Positions 1-10,014 of a stretch of DNA of 64,000 bases are shown here, in pieces (within the stretch, counting starts at the first letter, position 1; every line of letters starts with the position of its first letter). The position numbers and the translations under genes are program-made. Under the pieces are notes generated by a model. It saw nothing but the letters and a program-made list of their open reading frames with translations. It was not told where the DNA came from and did no database searches. The stretch covers positions 124,001-188,000 of IMG/VR virus record IMGVR_UViG_3300034158_000023, one strand, 5' to 3'.

Positions 1-819
1 GTACAGATGACTAGAAACTTTGGTTGTGCTGATAGACACATACGCGAATTCCAAATGAAGAACGAATTCTTGTTTAAGTTCTTCTCGTTGACCACGATGG
101 CTAAACATTATTTTGCGGCTAAGCACACCTGTGAAGGTATCGTGTATGACGTACCAGACTGGGAGATTAAAGGTTCTAACTTAAAGAACACGAAAGCTAC
201 AGCTGAGTTAATGGAAAGGTCTGATGGTCTCATTAAAGAAATAGCCCACAAAGTTATGGCTGGTGAGAAGATTCAACTGATTCCTATCCTTAAGGAGATT
301 GCAGATAAAGAAACTGAGATCATCAACAGTATCAGGTCAGGTAGTACAGAGTTCTTTGCTACAGGACAGATTAAAGACTTTAACAGTTATAAGCAGAAAG
401 AGAATGCTCCAGCTTGGCATAATTACTTACTGTGGTTAGAAGTCTTTGCTCCTAAGTATGGACAGACTCCTCCTCCAGCTTATACTGCTATTAAGGTTAA
501 CATCGAGTGTGATACTGGCGGTAAGATGAGAGCGTGGTTTGATGACATGCCTGATCAAGAGTTAGCTACTCGTTTCCGTGAGTTTATGCTTAGGTATAAG
601 AAAACTGCAATGACTGCGATTTGGTTACCTTCTGATCACGTTGGTGCTCACGGTATGCCAGATGAAATCATGATGGTTGTAAACGTACGTAAGATGATTA
701 TCGGAATGATGAAGAGCTACTACTTGATCTTAGAGTCTCTAGGGTTCCATATCCTTAACTCTAACGATACAAGATTGATCTCTGATGACTTAGCTGGGTT
801 TACTAAGAAAGCGGCATAA
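1..819 (+). CDS. C-terminal part of B-family DNA polymerase catalytic subunit (phiKZ gp50-like); 5'-truncated by window edge
   Basis: Frame is open to the window start (gta cag atg). Contains a K(H)Y...EIKG pattern resembling the PolB KxY/E-x-KG thumb region. Lies upstream of chimallin as in phiKZ. Confidence 0.7.
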   Translation, partial: VQMTRNFGCADRHIREFQMKNEFLFKFFSLTTMAKHYFAAKHTCEGIVYDVPDWEIKGSNLKNTKATAELMERSDGLIKEIAHKVMAGEKIQLIPILKEIADKETEIINSIRSGSTEFFATGQIKDFNSYKQKENAPAWHNYLLWLEVFAPKYGQTPPPAYTAIKVNIECDTGGKMRAWFDDMPDQELATRFREFMLRYKKTAMTAIWLPSDHVGAHGMPDEIMMVVNVRKMIIGMMKSYYLILESLGFHILNSNDTRLISDDLAGFTKKAA

Positions 820-841
820 AAGGAGCTCCTAGGAGCTCCTT
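820..841. terminator. Perfect 22-bp palindrome between convergent genes (bidirectional terminator)
   Basis: AAGGAGCTCCTAGGAGCTCCTT is its own reverse complement. The minus strand continues TTTATGCC. Confidence 0.75.
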
Positions 842-843
842 GT

Positions 844-1908
844 TTATGAAAACAATCTGTTGTAGATGAAGTCCATCTTCATGTTTACTAATGTAGATAG
901 GACAGAATCACTATACCAGTTCTCATTGTTTAGTCGTTTAAAGACACGCTCAAATTCTACTAAGTGTTTGGAGTTCTCTGGGTTAGGTTTACATGTCCCT
1001 AACAGAATCAGATAATCCATAGTAGTTAAGCAGGCCATTGCTTTACCTAACCTAGTCGGTGCAAAGTATGGAGTTTGTGCGTAAGCCAATCCAGTCGTGC
1101 CACTAGGTAAAGGTACAGAACTCAATACGTCTGCCCACTCGTAACTTTGCTCAGTGAACCTGTCTCGCATAGCTGTGAGAACGTCATGAGTAAAGGTCTC
1201 AGATGAGGATAAAGAAAATGGAATACGTTTTAAAGTATCAGCTGGTTTGGGATATGTACCTTCCAGTATTCTTGACAACCTGTTCAACCACGCTACGTCA
1301 TTGTGACTACGTATCATGTTTGGCAATACCCAGTTAGCTATAAACTGTCCAGTTGTTTGTGGGTTATCAGGATAAACTTTAAGTTGATACTGACGCCAGC
1401 AAATAAACATGTACATTAACATTGCTGCATCTATACCGATTACGGAGAAGCTCTCTTCGTTGGTATTAGGAACACCGTTCAACAAAGTGTAAGTGATGTC
1501 AGTTCTACCATGAGAGAAAACTTTTAATGGTTCTAACTCATACCAAGGTTTATTGCTAGTACGATCTAACTCTACGGAAAGTAATACTTCCTCGTAGCCA
1601 TAAAACCATCCTTTGCGAGCAAGTTTAGCGGAATGGATGGCTCCACCAATCTTAAGTGCGTTACATACGCTAGGAGATACGGAATCACAAATATCGAAGA
1701 ACCTTTCTTTATCACCTGACCATACCACGTTCATGGTGTTAATTAAAGTAACAAGAGGATGGTTAGATCGAACAGTCTCTCCACTAGCCCTATAATAGTC
1801 AATGGCTCGAATGGTGTTCTCGTTAATCCGTTTTTGCACATAAGACATTTTAGGAAACACTAGCGAGCGACGATTGGCATCTAGCTTAGTTTTAAATAGT
1901 TTAATCAC
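844..1908 (-). CDS. Conserved chimallivirus protein (phiKZ gp52-like, possibly virion-associated)
   Basis: 354-aa ORF with GTG start and GAGG SD. Syntenic position between DNA polymerase and chimallin, on the opposite strand. Confidence 0.55.
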   Translation of the reverse strand: MIKLFKTKLDANRRSLVFPKMSYVQKRINENTIRAIDYYRASGETVRSNHPLVTLINTMNVVWSGDKERFFDICDSVSPSVCNALKIGGAIHSAKLARKGWFYGYEEVLLSVELDRTSNKPWYELEPLKVFSHGRTDITYTLLNGVPNTNEESFSVIGIDAAMLMYMFICWRQYQLKVYPDNPQTTGQFIANWVLPNMIRSHNDVAWLNRLSRILEGTYPKPADTLKRIPFSLSSSETFTHDVLTAMRDRFTEQSYEWADVLSSVPLPSGTTGLAYAQTPYFAPTRLGKAMACLTTMDYLILLGTCKPNPENSKHLVEFERVFKRLNNENWYSDSVLSTLVNMKMDFIYNRLFS

Positions 1909-2068
1909 GCTAATGTCCTCGAGGTTTAATGAATCTACATACGATAGCTTTAACCTGTAATAATTTACACAGAGTATCTATTATATGTAACTAAACGAAT
2001 TTTATAATTCGTTATCTAATCCATATGCTGTTATGATCGAAAATTTACGTTTTCGAACTAATCGTGCG

Positions 2069-2078
2069 TATATATTAC
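2069..2078 (+). promoter_or_regulatory. Putative early (virion RNAP) promoter of chimallin
   Basis: Exact TATATTAC (2071-2078), the published phiKZ early consensus, about 55 nt upstream of the chimallin ATG. Confidence 0.6.
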
Positions 2079-2133
2079 CTATGTGAATCGCTACCATAAT
2101 AAAGCGATTTAGTCGACTATTTAATAAAAGGAA

Positions 2134-3972
2134 ATGCGTAACATGGCTTATAACGAAAAACCACAATCAAATTCTCACGCAACTGGTTACGGCGCACATG
2201 CACCTAAACCAAATGAAACTCCAGTTGGTGGTGGTAAATCTACTGCGCAAATGTTAAGTGGTATCTCTGCACCAATGGCCCACAATGGCAGCGGTGAAGC
2301 TCTTACCACAGTTTATGAAAACATGAAGTTGGTAATGGCTAAAGAAACTCAGCTGGCCAATTTTAAACTTCTGCCAATTGACGGCCAAGCTAATGGCTTG
2401 AACGTTAGTTCTGTTTTGATGTACGCTAAAAATCCACATGTCGATAACTCTTACGTGGTATACACGTTCCTGGTTGGCGCATCTGTTGGTGTCCTGCGTC
2501 CACGTGTCGCGAAGTTCCAAGAAGGTCAATACGACATTCCTGTTGTACTGTCTGACTTGTACGGTCCTACTTTACGTGAAGCCAACTTTGCAATCTTAGC
2601 CACTGCTATCGGTGCTAACGATGAAACTGCGATGACTGATGCGGGCGGTAATGCGTTCCCACGTAGTATGGCTCTGGATGACATGATCAGTTTCCGTACT
2701 TGTATCTATCATGGCGTTTACGCAATGAACAGTATCTTCGTAGACGATGCTGAAGAGCCACAAGTTTACGACCTGACTGACAAAGCAACAAACGTTTATT
2801 TCCATGGCGATCTAGACTTCCGTCCAGGTATTTTACAAAATGGCGCAGGTTCTCCTGTACGTCGTGATGTAACTATTGCAATCACTGCGGTAGATGGTGT
2901 AAACGGGCAAGACGTTGCTGACCAAACTTACGCAACAAGTCACTTACTGTCAAACTGTTCTGCTTATTTTGACATGGTGTTCACTGGTAAGAAACCACCA
3001 GTGCAAGCGTATTATGGCGGCCCAGTTGTAGAACCAACTCAGATGTTCACTCCTAAGTGCTGCATCGTTGACACTACAACAATGGCTGGTGTTACTCCAG
3101 AACTGCAAATCATGACTTTGGCATCAGCTACCAAGCTGTCAAGCGGTCAGTACACTCAGGCTTGGACTAACATGTTCAATCCAGCAGTAGGTGGCGCAAA
3201 CACCATGCATGACATCAGTGCCTTAGGTATTGAGTTAGGCTTCGGTGCTATCGATACCAATGCTCCTGATTGGAACCCACTTGAGTTCTGTAAGTTGTAT
3301 GTTGACGAACAGTTAGTTTACGCTCTACATGTTGAAGACGTGGGCGATTTAAGCTGGATGCACAAAATGCTGAAAGCTGCTGCGGAAAACAACACGCAAT
3401 CACGTCGCGATGATGCTAAAGCATACATCTGGGATGCCGCGGATAACTTGACTGGTAACAAAACTCTTAGCCAGTTTGTGAAGCCAACTGATGCGATCTG
3501 CTACATTGAAGATGACCGTATTTTCTTAGGTCACTACTTTGATAGCACTGGCGCTAAACGCGACCTGCGTGAAATCGATTACCTATATGCGTTAAAGCAT
3601 TTCGGTACCACTGATTTACCAATGGTAGTTGACTTCGGTTCTACGTTCAACCCAGAAACTGGTCCACTGGACTTACGTCTAGGTAAACGTAAACTGTTGA
3701 TCGAAGCTATGGTTTCTCAAAGCATCGTGATCGAAGGTTATGCAACACCACTGATTCTTGATCCAGTGTGGTTGACTGGCGTACAGAAAGCTATCGCAGC
3801 TGTTGGCGGCGAGCCTAAGTTCGAACACCTGTTACAAGGTCAACATACTCAACAACGCGAGTACAGTGCTCTGCGTCAATACGGTATGCAGGCGATTGCT
3901 CCAGTTGCTCAACAGTACGCTGCAAGCGGTTACTACGGCAATGGTTACTACGATCCACGCTTCGCTCGTTAA
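2134..3972 (+). CDS. chmA: Chimallin, major phage-nucleus shell protein (phiKZ gp54-like)
   Basis: 612 aa with highly expressed codon usage and a disordered N-terminus. Extended Gln/Tyr/Gly C-terminal segment. Immediately upstream of the nvRNAP beta' N-subunit, the invariant chmA position. Confidence 0.85.
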   Translation: MRNMAYNEKPQSNSHATGYGAHAPKPNETPVGGGKSTAQMLSGISAPMAHNGSGEALTTVYENMKLVMAKETQLANFKLLPIDGQANGLNVSSVLMYAKNPHVDNSYVVYTFLVGASVGVLRPRVAKFQEGQYDIPVVLSDLYGPTLREANFAILATAIGANDETAMTDAGGNAFPRSMALDDMISFRTCIYHGVYAMNSIFVDDAEEPQVYDLTDKATNVYFHGDLDFRPGILQNGAGSPVRRDVTIAITAVDGVNGQDVADQTYATSHLLSNCSAYFDMVFTGKKPPVQAYYGGPVVEPTQMFTPKCCIVDTTTMAGVTPELQIMTLASATKLSSGQYTQAWTNMFNPAVGGANTMHDISALGIELGFGAIDTNAPDWNPLEFCKLYVDEQLVYALHVEDVGDLSWMHKMLKAAAENNTQSRRDDAKAYIWDAADNLTGNKTLSQFVKPTDAICYIEDDRIFLGHYFDSTGAKRDLREIDYLYALKHFGTTDLPMVVDFGSTFNPETGPLDLRLGKRKLLIEAMVSQSIVIEGYATPLILDPVWLTGVQKAIAAVGGEPKFEHLLQGQHTQQREYSALRQYGMQAIAPVAQQYAASGYYGNGYYDPRFAR

Positions 3973-3986
3973 TTATTAAGTGTTAT

Positions 3987-4022
3987 AAAAAGAAGAGCTT
4001 TCGGGCTCTTCTTTTTTTGCCC
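3987..4022 (+). terminator. Intrinsic terminator after chmA
   Basis: AGAAGAGCT-TTCG-GGCTCTTCT followed by T-tract and GCCC. Confidence 0.85.
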
Positions 4023-4048
4023 AGTACATTACAATAAAAGGAAGCTGT

Positions 4049-5587
4049 ATGATACCAGATTCATATGGAAAAAAGCGGGTAAATCAGATGTTATCGGATT
4101 TATCTTATTTCCTTGAACAGCTAAGAATGTACAGAGAACAAAACTACTCTGGGATTAATCTCGAGTTCGTAGACTTCAGACGCACGTTAGAGTCTATGGA
4201 TCCACCACCGTTAATCTTAAACGATCGACCGCCATGCGTTACTAAAGAAGACCGCGAAGCTTTAGTGAAGTTAATACGTACGGATGTAGAGGGTGATACT
4301 CTTAACATCGTCCCTCGTTGCGGATGTGGTTTTAGATCTGGGGTAGAGTGGAAAAACACTCGATGTCCAGAATGTACAGACTTAGTTACTGCTATCACTG
4401 AACAACCGATTGAGTCACGCGTATGGTTACGCAGCCCTACTGGTGTAGCTCCACTGATAAACCCAACGTTCTGGTTGATCTTAAGCAGAGCGTTTACGAC
4501 ATCTAAGTTCTCTCCGCTAGAGTGGTTAGCTGATCGTAACTATGTAGGTAAGGACGTTAACACAGCTAAGTTTGCAACTGAGTCTCAGCGTTTAATAGAT
4601 GCTGGTTTTCAGCGGGGTTATAATAACCTGTATGAGCATTTCCCTGAGTACATGGGTAAGCTTATGGCTATGGGTTATACTAACCGAGCAGTATCTGAGA
4701 AGTTACGTACACTGTTAGAAAAATATGGGCATTTAGTTTATTCGGAGTATTTACCTTTACCTAATAAACTGGTGTTCCTAACAGAGAAAACTAGTGTACA
4801 CATCTATGCTGATAGTAACATCAAACATGCTTTAGAAGCAGCGGTGATTATTAGCAGTATCGATGAATCAGATCCCAACCTTACCTTACGTGTAAAAGAA
4901 ACTCGTGCTATTAAAGTGGTAACTTGTTTGTCTGGTTATGCTAGCTTACAATTTGCTAAAACGTTAGGCGGGAAACCTGGGTTATTCCGTAAGGAAATCT
5001 TAGGCTCTCGTATGAAGTGGGCTGGACGTTCTGTAATTGCATCTATCTCTGGTGTGCATGATTACGAAGAACTCCATCTGCCGTGGGGATATGCAATTGG
5101 GTTATTTAAGACTCATCTAACTAACAAACTGAAACGACGCGGTTGGTCGTCAGTGGAAATTGATAACTTCCTAGTTAGACACAGTACTAAGTATCACCCA
5201 TTGTTAGACAAGATATTCGTCGAGTTAATTAAAGAAACAGAGTTACCTGGGATACCTTGTATTCTACAACGAAATCCATCGTTGGCTAGAGGTAGTTCGC
5301 AATGCTTCTTTATTACTAAGATTAAGCATGATGTTGCAGACGTTACTATCGGCATGTCGGTATTGACGTTGGTAGCACCTAACGCGGACTTCGATGGCGA
5401 TAGCTTGAATAACTGGATTGTTCTTGATAAGACAATGTATAAGTATATTTCTCGTTTGGCACCACATACAAACGTGTTTGATTTGAATAGTGTAAGAACC
5501 ACGTCTAACACAGCTAAGTTGCAAACACCAACAACGGAAACTATAGCTAACTATATTAGACATGGTGACGCTAGATTTGTACCTTAG
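4049..5587 (+). CDS. Non-virion RNA polymerase beta' N-terminal/catalytic subunit (phiKZ gp55-like), uninterrupted
   Basis: Catalytic NADFDGD motif. Zn finger C-x-C...CPEC. GLFRKEILGSR...GRSVI and LQRNPSL correspond to beta' conserved regions. Confidence 0.92.
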   Translation: MIPDSYGKKRVNQMLSDLSYFLEQLRMYREQNYSGINLEFVDFRRTLESMDPPPLILNDRPPCVTKEDREALVKLIRTDVEGDTLNIVPRCGCGFRSGVEWKNTRCPECTDLVTAITEQPIESRVWLRSPTGVAPLINPTFWLILSRAFTTSKFSPLEWLADRNYVGKDVNTAKFATESQRLIDAGFQRGYNNLYEHFPEYMGKLMAMGYTNRAVSEKLRTLLEKYGHLVYSEYLPLPNKLVFLTEKTSVHIYADSNIKHALEAAVIISSIDESDPNLTLRVKETRAIKVVTCLSGYASLQFAKTLGGKPGLFRKEILGSRMKWAGRSVIASISGVHDYEELHLPWGYAIGLFKTHLTNKLKRRGWSSVEIDNFLVRHSTKYHPLLDKIFVELIKETELPGIPCILQRNPSLARGSSQCFFITKIKHDVADVTIGMSVLTLVAPNADFDGDSLNNWIVLDKTMYKYISRLAPHTNVFDLNSVRTTSNTAKLQTPTTETIANYIRHGDARFVP

Positions 5588-5599
5588 AATGGAGGAATA

Positions 5600-6229
5600 A
5601 TGGCTAGACTAATTGTTGGCAACGACGCAGTATTTGAAGCAATGCGTCCGGTTAATTTCACTGCACAGTTGTATGACTTTGTAGCGGAACAACAACAACG
5701 GTACCATCAAGCATTTGGTAACGTGCAAAATGCGCTTACTGATAAAATCCATCATTGGCAACAAGCGTTTGTAGCAACTGATGCAGCTCGAGTAGCTGGT
5801 GCAATCATGCGACAAGCGGAATCGTATTTCAACCCTGAAGGTTTCCGGTATTTAACCAACATGTGGGATATACAGAATGCTCCAAGCGATATGATACGTG
5901 GTCTTATGGCAATGCCTGAGGCTCGGAATCTAGCTAACAAGCAAATGTGTAACGCGTATGAAGGTCAGTACTTCGATGCTTTCCCTGCTGCTACTCCACA
6001 AGAACATCGTGATTACAAACTGGTGTATGACGGTATAATTGTAGACTCCGAAGATGATGACATCGATTACACGATGGTGTTATACGGAGATGACTTGGTA
6101 GTTGATGATCCTTATCAGTATCTACAAGTCGAGCAGAAGTATAATGTTATTGAAGCTCGCTCTTTGATGTGTAAAGCTTTAGCTGAGGACATAGACTTTA
6201 CTGATCCTATGAACAATAAGTTAAGGTAA
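5600..6229 (+). CDS. Conserved hypothetical protein of the chimallivirus core block
   Basis: 209-aa ORF with GGAGG SD and good codon usage. Function not recognised. Confidence 0.6.
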   Translation: MARLIVGNDAVFEAMRPVNFTAQLYDFVAEQQQRYHQAFGNVQNALTDKIHHWQQAFVATDAARVAGAIMRQAESYFNPEGFRYLTNMWDIQNAPSDMIRGLMAMPEARNLANKQMCNAYEGQYFDAFPAATPQEHRDYKLVYDGIIVDSEDDDIDYTMVLYGDDLVVDDPYQYLQVEQKYNVIEARSLMCKALAEDIDFTDPMNNKLR

Positions 6230-6239
6230 AATGAAATGA

Positions 6240-6267
6240 GGGGAGTTTCGGCTCCCTTTATTTTTTT
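6240..6267 (+). terminator. Intrinsic terminator
   Basis: GGGAGT-TTCG-GCTCCC followed by TTTATTTTTTT. Confidence 0.75.
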
Positions 6268-6283
6268 ACATATCGGAGTTAGT

Positions 6284-6700
6284 ATGAGCGATGATAACAA
6301 AATATGGATGCCTACACTAACCGTCAAAGGGTGGCTTAAAAGCTTAGAGGAAGTAATAGATACAGCACTAGCACATATGTTTGTATCAGATTACTCGCAA
6401 TCAAACTCTCACTACGGTAAAGTTACTTCATTCAGTTGGTTGGTAGCTAAGTGGGGACACAACCCTGCTGATATGGCGTCTGAGACAGAGCACACGATCC
6501 GTACGTATTTGTCTAAGTATGCTGATAAGGTGGATGTAACTGTTACTTACACTTATCCTGACAACGCCCAGAGTAGTAAGACGTATGACTTACAGATTGC
6601 TCTGAAGGTTTACAAAGATGGTGTGGCGTATGCGTTAGCTGAAAAGTTAGAGATTATTGATAGTAAGTTCAAAAGAGTTGCGGAGGTAGCAAATGGCTGA
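6284..6700 (+). CDS. Conserved small protein, possibly T4 gp25-like baseplate/sheath-initiator fold
   Basis: Start moved from 6236 (which would overlap the terminator) to ATG 6284, preceded by GGAG. The beta-rich C-terminus (VDVTVTY...YDLQIALKV) loosely resembles gp25-type folds. Confidence 0.45.
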   Translation: MSDDNKIWMPTLTVKGWLKSLEEVIDTALAHMFVSDYSQSNSHYGKVTSFSWLVAKWGHNPADMASETEHTIRTYLSKYADKVDVTVTYTYPDNAQSSKTYDLQIALKVYKDGVAYALAEKLEIIDSKFKRVAEVANG

Positions 6701-7283
6701 GATAGACTTAGACGTATTTAGGCAGAACTCTACGAGAGAGATTCGTCAACTAGAAAACGGTATGCGTAAACTATTAGACGATCTTGATAAAGAAGTTCCC
6801 ACTATACGTGAGAGCTTATTCGTGAATCGTTATTTGCCTCACATGGCTAACTGGAAGATACCTTTCCCTTGGGCAGCTTGGGTAAATGAAATTTCTTTCA
6901 TGTCAGCGAACCCAGTGCATGTTATTGATGACAACGGCAACATAGTCTGTACTGTGCCTCCTCTATGCGACACAGACGGTTTAATGTTAGTTAAATATAC
7001 CAATGAGACTAGCATTAATTATCAAGCCGCTGAAGCGTTCTCTGAAGCTGTCCGGTTACAACACATTGGCCAGCAGGTAATTTACAACAAACTAGGTCCT
7101 TATATCCCTAAGGGTAAACCTAGTACTAAATGGGCTGGCGTTTGGGATTCTGTGTTAGCACGGTATGGCTACCCTACCACAGTCGAAGTCTTGGCCAAGC
7201 TTAATAAATCAAAAAAAACTGGTGCCAGTAATGTTATAGACTTACCTATAACGGATTATTACGAAGATGGCGAGCTTATTTAA
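6693..7283 (+). CDS. Conserved hypothetical protein
   Basis: 196-aa ORF with GGAGG SD. Overlaps neighbours in operon fashion. Confidence 0.6.
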   Translation: MAEIDLDVFRQNSTREIRQLENGMRKLLDDLDKEVPTIRESLFVNRYLPHMANWKIPFPWAAWVNEISFMSANPVHVIDDNGNIVCTVPPLCDTDGLMLVKYTNETSINYQAAEAFSEAVRLQHIGQQVIYNKLGPYIPKGKPSTKWAGVWDSVLARYGYPTTVEVLAKLNKSKKTGASNVIDLPITDYYEDGELI

Positions 7284-8406
7284 TTTAACTAAGAATCCAG
7301 GTACGTTAAACTTAGCTGTGTTCGGTGATGTTCACTTAGGTAACCGCCGAACACTAGCTCCTGACGTAATCCGTGGGTTAGATTCTTTTTTCCCTAACGA
7401 TCCTGAAACTAAAGCTTTAGACATGATCGTGATAGAGGGAGATTTATTCGATGAAGGGTTAACCTTCTACTCTGAATTCCTAGGTAGAATTCAGAACTGG
7501 ATGTTACGCTTACTAAAGACATGCAAAGATAACGATATTGCTTTGCGTGTATTAGAAGGTACTCCTAGTCACGACATGCATCAGTCTAGACAGTTTGCAG
7601 TGTTGTTAGAAGCTACTAAGTGGGACATCGACTTTAAGTATGTAGAAGACTTAGAGTTAGAAAGACATCCTAAGTTTGGTGATATACTGTATGTACCAGA
7701 CGAATGGGGTGATAGCAATGAACATTGTTACACATCAGCTAGAAATTTGTTATCCTTACATGGATTAACTAAAGTTGACTACTGTATATTCCACGGAGCT
7801 TTCGAGCATCAATTACCACCAATAAAAGGTATTCCTACCCACGACTCAAAAGCGTGGCAGGAATTGGTGACGTATGCCCTCTTTGCTGGACATATCCATC
7901 AGTATTCTAAACATGGTCTTATATTAGCAGCAGGTAGTGCGGATAGGTTTACTCAAGGCGATGAAGCTCCTAAAGGGCACATCAGAGCGTCTTTAAGTCC
8001 TAATGGTAGTAAGTTTACCTTTAGAGAAAATAAGTTCGCTAAGAAGTATCTGACGATCGACTGTAGGCATCTATCAGTGGATGAAGCACTAGAGAAGATT
8101 AGAAAGTCAGTTAAAGTACCTAAGGGTAGTTTCTTAAGACTCAGGTATACAACCACCGATAACCTAATGCCGATGAAGCCTTATTTAAGGGCTGAGTATC
8201 CTGATTACTATTGGGATGACATTATTGAAGATGCTGGAACTGAAAAGCTAGAACAGAAACTGCTACCTGAAACTATTTATCAGAGTGTGCATCTGAACGC
8301 ATCCAACTTAGTCAGCCTTATGCAGAAGCGTATGGAGGCAGCTGGAAGTCCCGCAGAGAAAATAAAAGCTGCTATAGCTAAATTGGAGGCGCTATGTACA
8401 ACCTAG
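7267..8406 (+). CDS. Calcineurin-like metallophosphoesterase / SbcD-Mre11-like nuclease (phiKZ gp65-like)
   Basis: Motifs DVHLG, GDLFD, GTPSHD, FHG and GHIH occur in the correct order. Confidence 0.85.
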   Translation: MASLFNLTKNPGTLNLAVFGDVHLGNRRTLAPDVIRGLDSFFPNDPETKALDMIVIEGDLFDEGLTFYSEFLGRIQNWMLRLLKTCKDNDIALRVLEGTPSHDMHQSRQFAVLLEATKWDIDFKYVEDLELERHPKFGDILYVPDEWGDSNEHCYTSARNLLSLHGLTKVDYCIFHGAFEHQLPPIKGIPTHDSKAWQELVTYALFAGHIHQYSKHGLILAAGSADRFTQGDEAPKGHIRASLSPNGSKFTFRENKFAKKYLTIDCRHLSVDEALEKIRKSVKVPKGSFLRLRYTTTDNLMPMKPYLRAEYPDYYWDDIIEDAGTEKLEQKLLPETIYQSVHLNASNLVSLMQKRMEAAGSPAEKIKAAIAKLEALCTT

Positions 8407-9224
8407 ATAAAGTTATCTCTACTAGGGAGATAGGTGAGTTAGGCATTAGTATTGCTACCTCAGTAGCATTGGAGTCTTTGTTTAAAAAGACAGACATTAA
8501 TGAAACTGAGATATGGATTAACGTACGTACGTTGTTTCGTAACCTGCATGGTGCGATAGATGGAGACTATCGTAAGTTCCTATCAGCTGAGGCGTTAGTT
8601 CCTACGTTGATTGGAGAAATGGGTGTAATTACACGCAACATAGAAGCTAGTCCAGTAGGACATTTAGAAGTGCACTTCTATAGTTGTAGCTACAGTGATT
8701 TAACTCGTAAGTTACCTAATGCCATATTAAGGGAGGCACACACACCACTACAATTAATCTATACGGATTTAGAACAACAAACACTAGATCAGGTTAAAAA
8801 TAAACGTAACAGTTTAGAACAGCCGATGCATCTTTTCCAAACAACCATAAAAGGTCGCGCTACTCGAGCTAGAGCTGTGTTGTTGACACACAGTCCAATT
8901 GATTTACTGTTTAACGACTTCTCTAATGTTAGGTTATTAGAATCCCATACAGGAGCTTTAAAGAGCAAAACTGAATGGAACACTAAACTAACTAATGCCA
9001 AACTACTACCTCCGTTACCATTCAACGCTTTTACGGTGCAGGTGTTTGGTGATAACAACACGTACTTATCTGGGATGCCGATTAAGATTAAAGAAGCCGT
9101 TGTTAAGATGGCTGAAACTGATCGTTGGAATCCTATCTCCACGAATGATCGTATCTCGGCTAGCATTGCAAAAATGCCAGATAAGTTTGGTGCTCAGTTC
9201 TTAAAACGAGTGCTAAGATCATAA
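8394..9224 (+). CDS. Conserved protein, possibly degenerate PIN/FEN-like 5'-3' nuclease fold
   Basis: WINVRTLFRN, LTHSPIDLL and FGDN...SG loosely match FEN strand 1, SxDxDL and GDxxD motifs. Confidence 0.4.
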   Translation: MYNLDKVISTREIGELGISIATSVALESLFKKTDINETEIWINVRTLFRNLHGAIDGDYRKFLSAEALVPTLIGEMGVITRNIEASPVGHLEVHFYSCSYSDLTRKLPNAILREAHTPLQLIYTDLEQQTLDQVKNKRNSLEQPMHLFQTTIKGRATRARAVLLTHSPIDLLFNDFSNVRLLESHTGALKSKTEWNTKLTNAKLLPPLPFNAFTVQVFGDNNTYLSGMPIKIKEAVVKMAETDRWNPISTNDRISASIAKMPDKFGAQFLKRVLRS

Positions 9225-9275
9225 ATTATTCAACTTAGTTATATATGAAGAACTATTTTTTTTAAGGAAATCCCC

Positions 9276-9992
9276 ATGTCCTCTGGTAACCTGTTAGAAG
9301 AATTTAAAATGCGTTTAAGTGCCGACCCTTTACCTAACTGTAAAGTGTACGGTGATCGCAAAGCTGCTCCACAATTAGCTATTCGCATTAAAGACAACCA
9401 ACCACGTTTCGTTGTGTACACTAACGTGGAAAATGATAAAAACAATGGTATCATTGAAGCACCTATGGATTCTGTGGTGTTCATGACTGTAATGCAAATC
9501 ATCCGTGACGTTGCAGATGGGCGTAGTAAAGGTAATAAAATTCACAACCGTGGACACTACTTTAGTGCTCAAGGTCGTAGTGCAGAGCCAGGCGTATTGT
9601 CGGTTACTAGCATTGGTGTTAACGACAATGGTATCATCTGCATGTCAGTTGTGGCTAAAGGTCGTCCAGAAGCGGTGTTTAAGTTTGGTCCACATGAATG
9701 GCACCCAATGATGGATGCTAGCGGTAACGCTGTTACTGTGCAAGAGCAGTCACGTTTGTTTGCTTTAGGTTATGTTAACCTAATGGAAAAATGTGTAGTC
9801 CGTGTATTAGGCGATGAGTTCATTAATTATACTGACCTTAAAGCCCGTAAAGAAGCTAACCGTGCTGCACGTAGTGGTGGTAATGGTGGTAGCGGTGCTC
9901 GTCAGCAGTATGGTAACAATGGCGGCGGCGGGTATAACGCCAACCCTGCTCCTAAACCAAGTGACTCAGAAGGCGATGGGATGCCTTGGTAA
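9276..9992 (+). CDS. chmC: Probable ChmC, nucleus-associated Whirly-fold RNA-binding protein
   Basis: 238 aa: folded alpha/beta N-domain plus a Gly/Asn/Arg-rich disordered tail. Directly upstream of the sigma-like subunit and PicA, the known chmC position. Confidence 0.65.
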   Translation: MSSGNLLEEFKMRLSADPLPNCKVYGDRKAAPQLAIRIKDNQPRFVVYTNVENDKNNGIIEAPMDSVVFMTVMQIIRDVADGRSKGNKIHNRGHYFSAQGRSAEPGVLSVTSIGVNDNGIICMSVVAKGRPEAVFKFGPHEWHPMMDASGNAVTVQEQSRLFALGYVNLMEKCVVRVLGDEFINYTDLKARKEANRAARSGGNGGSGARQQYGNNGGGGYNANPAPKPSDSEGDGMPW

Positions 9993-10014
9993 TTAGTTAA
10001 GTAAAAGGCAAACG

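Noticed and set aside
6236-6283. ORF-track start at 6236
   Set aside because: It would translate through a terminator hairpin. ATG 6284 has a proper SD.
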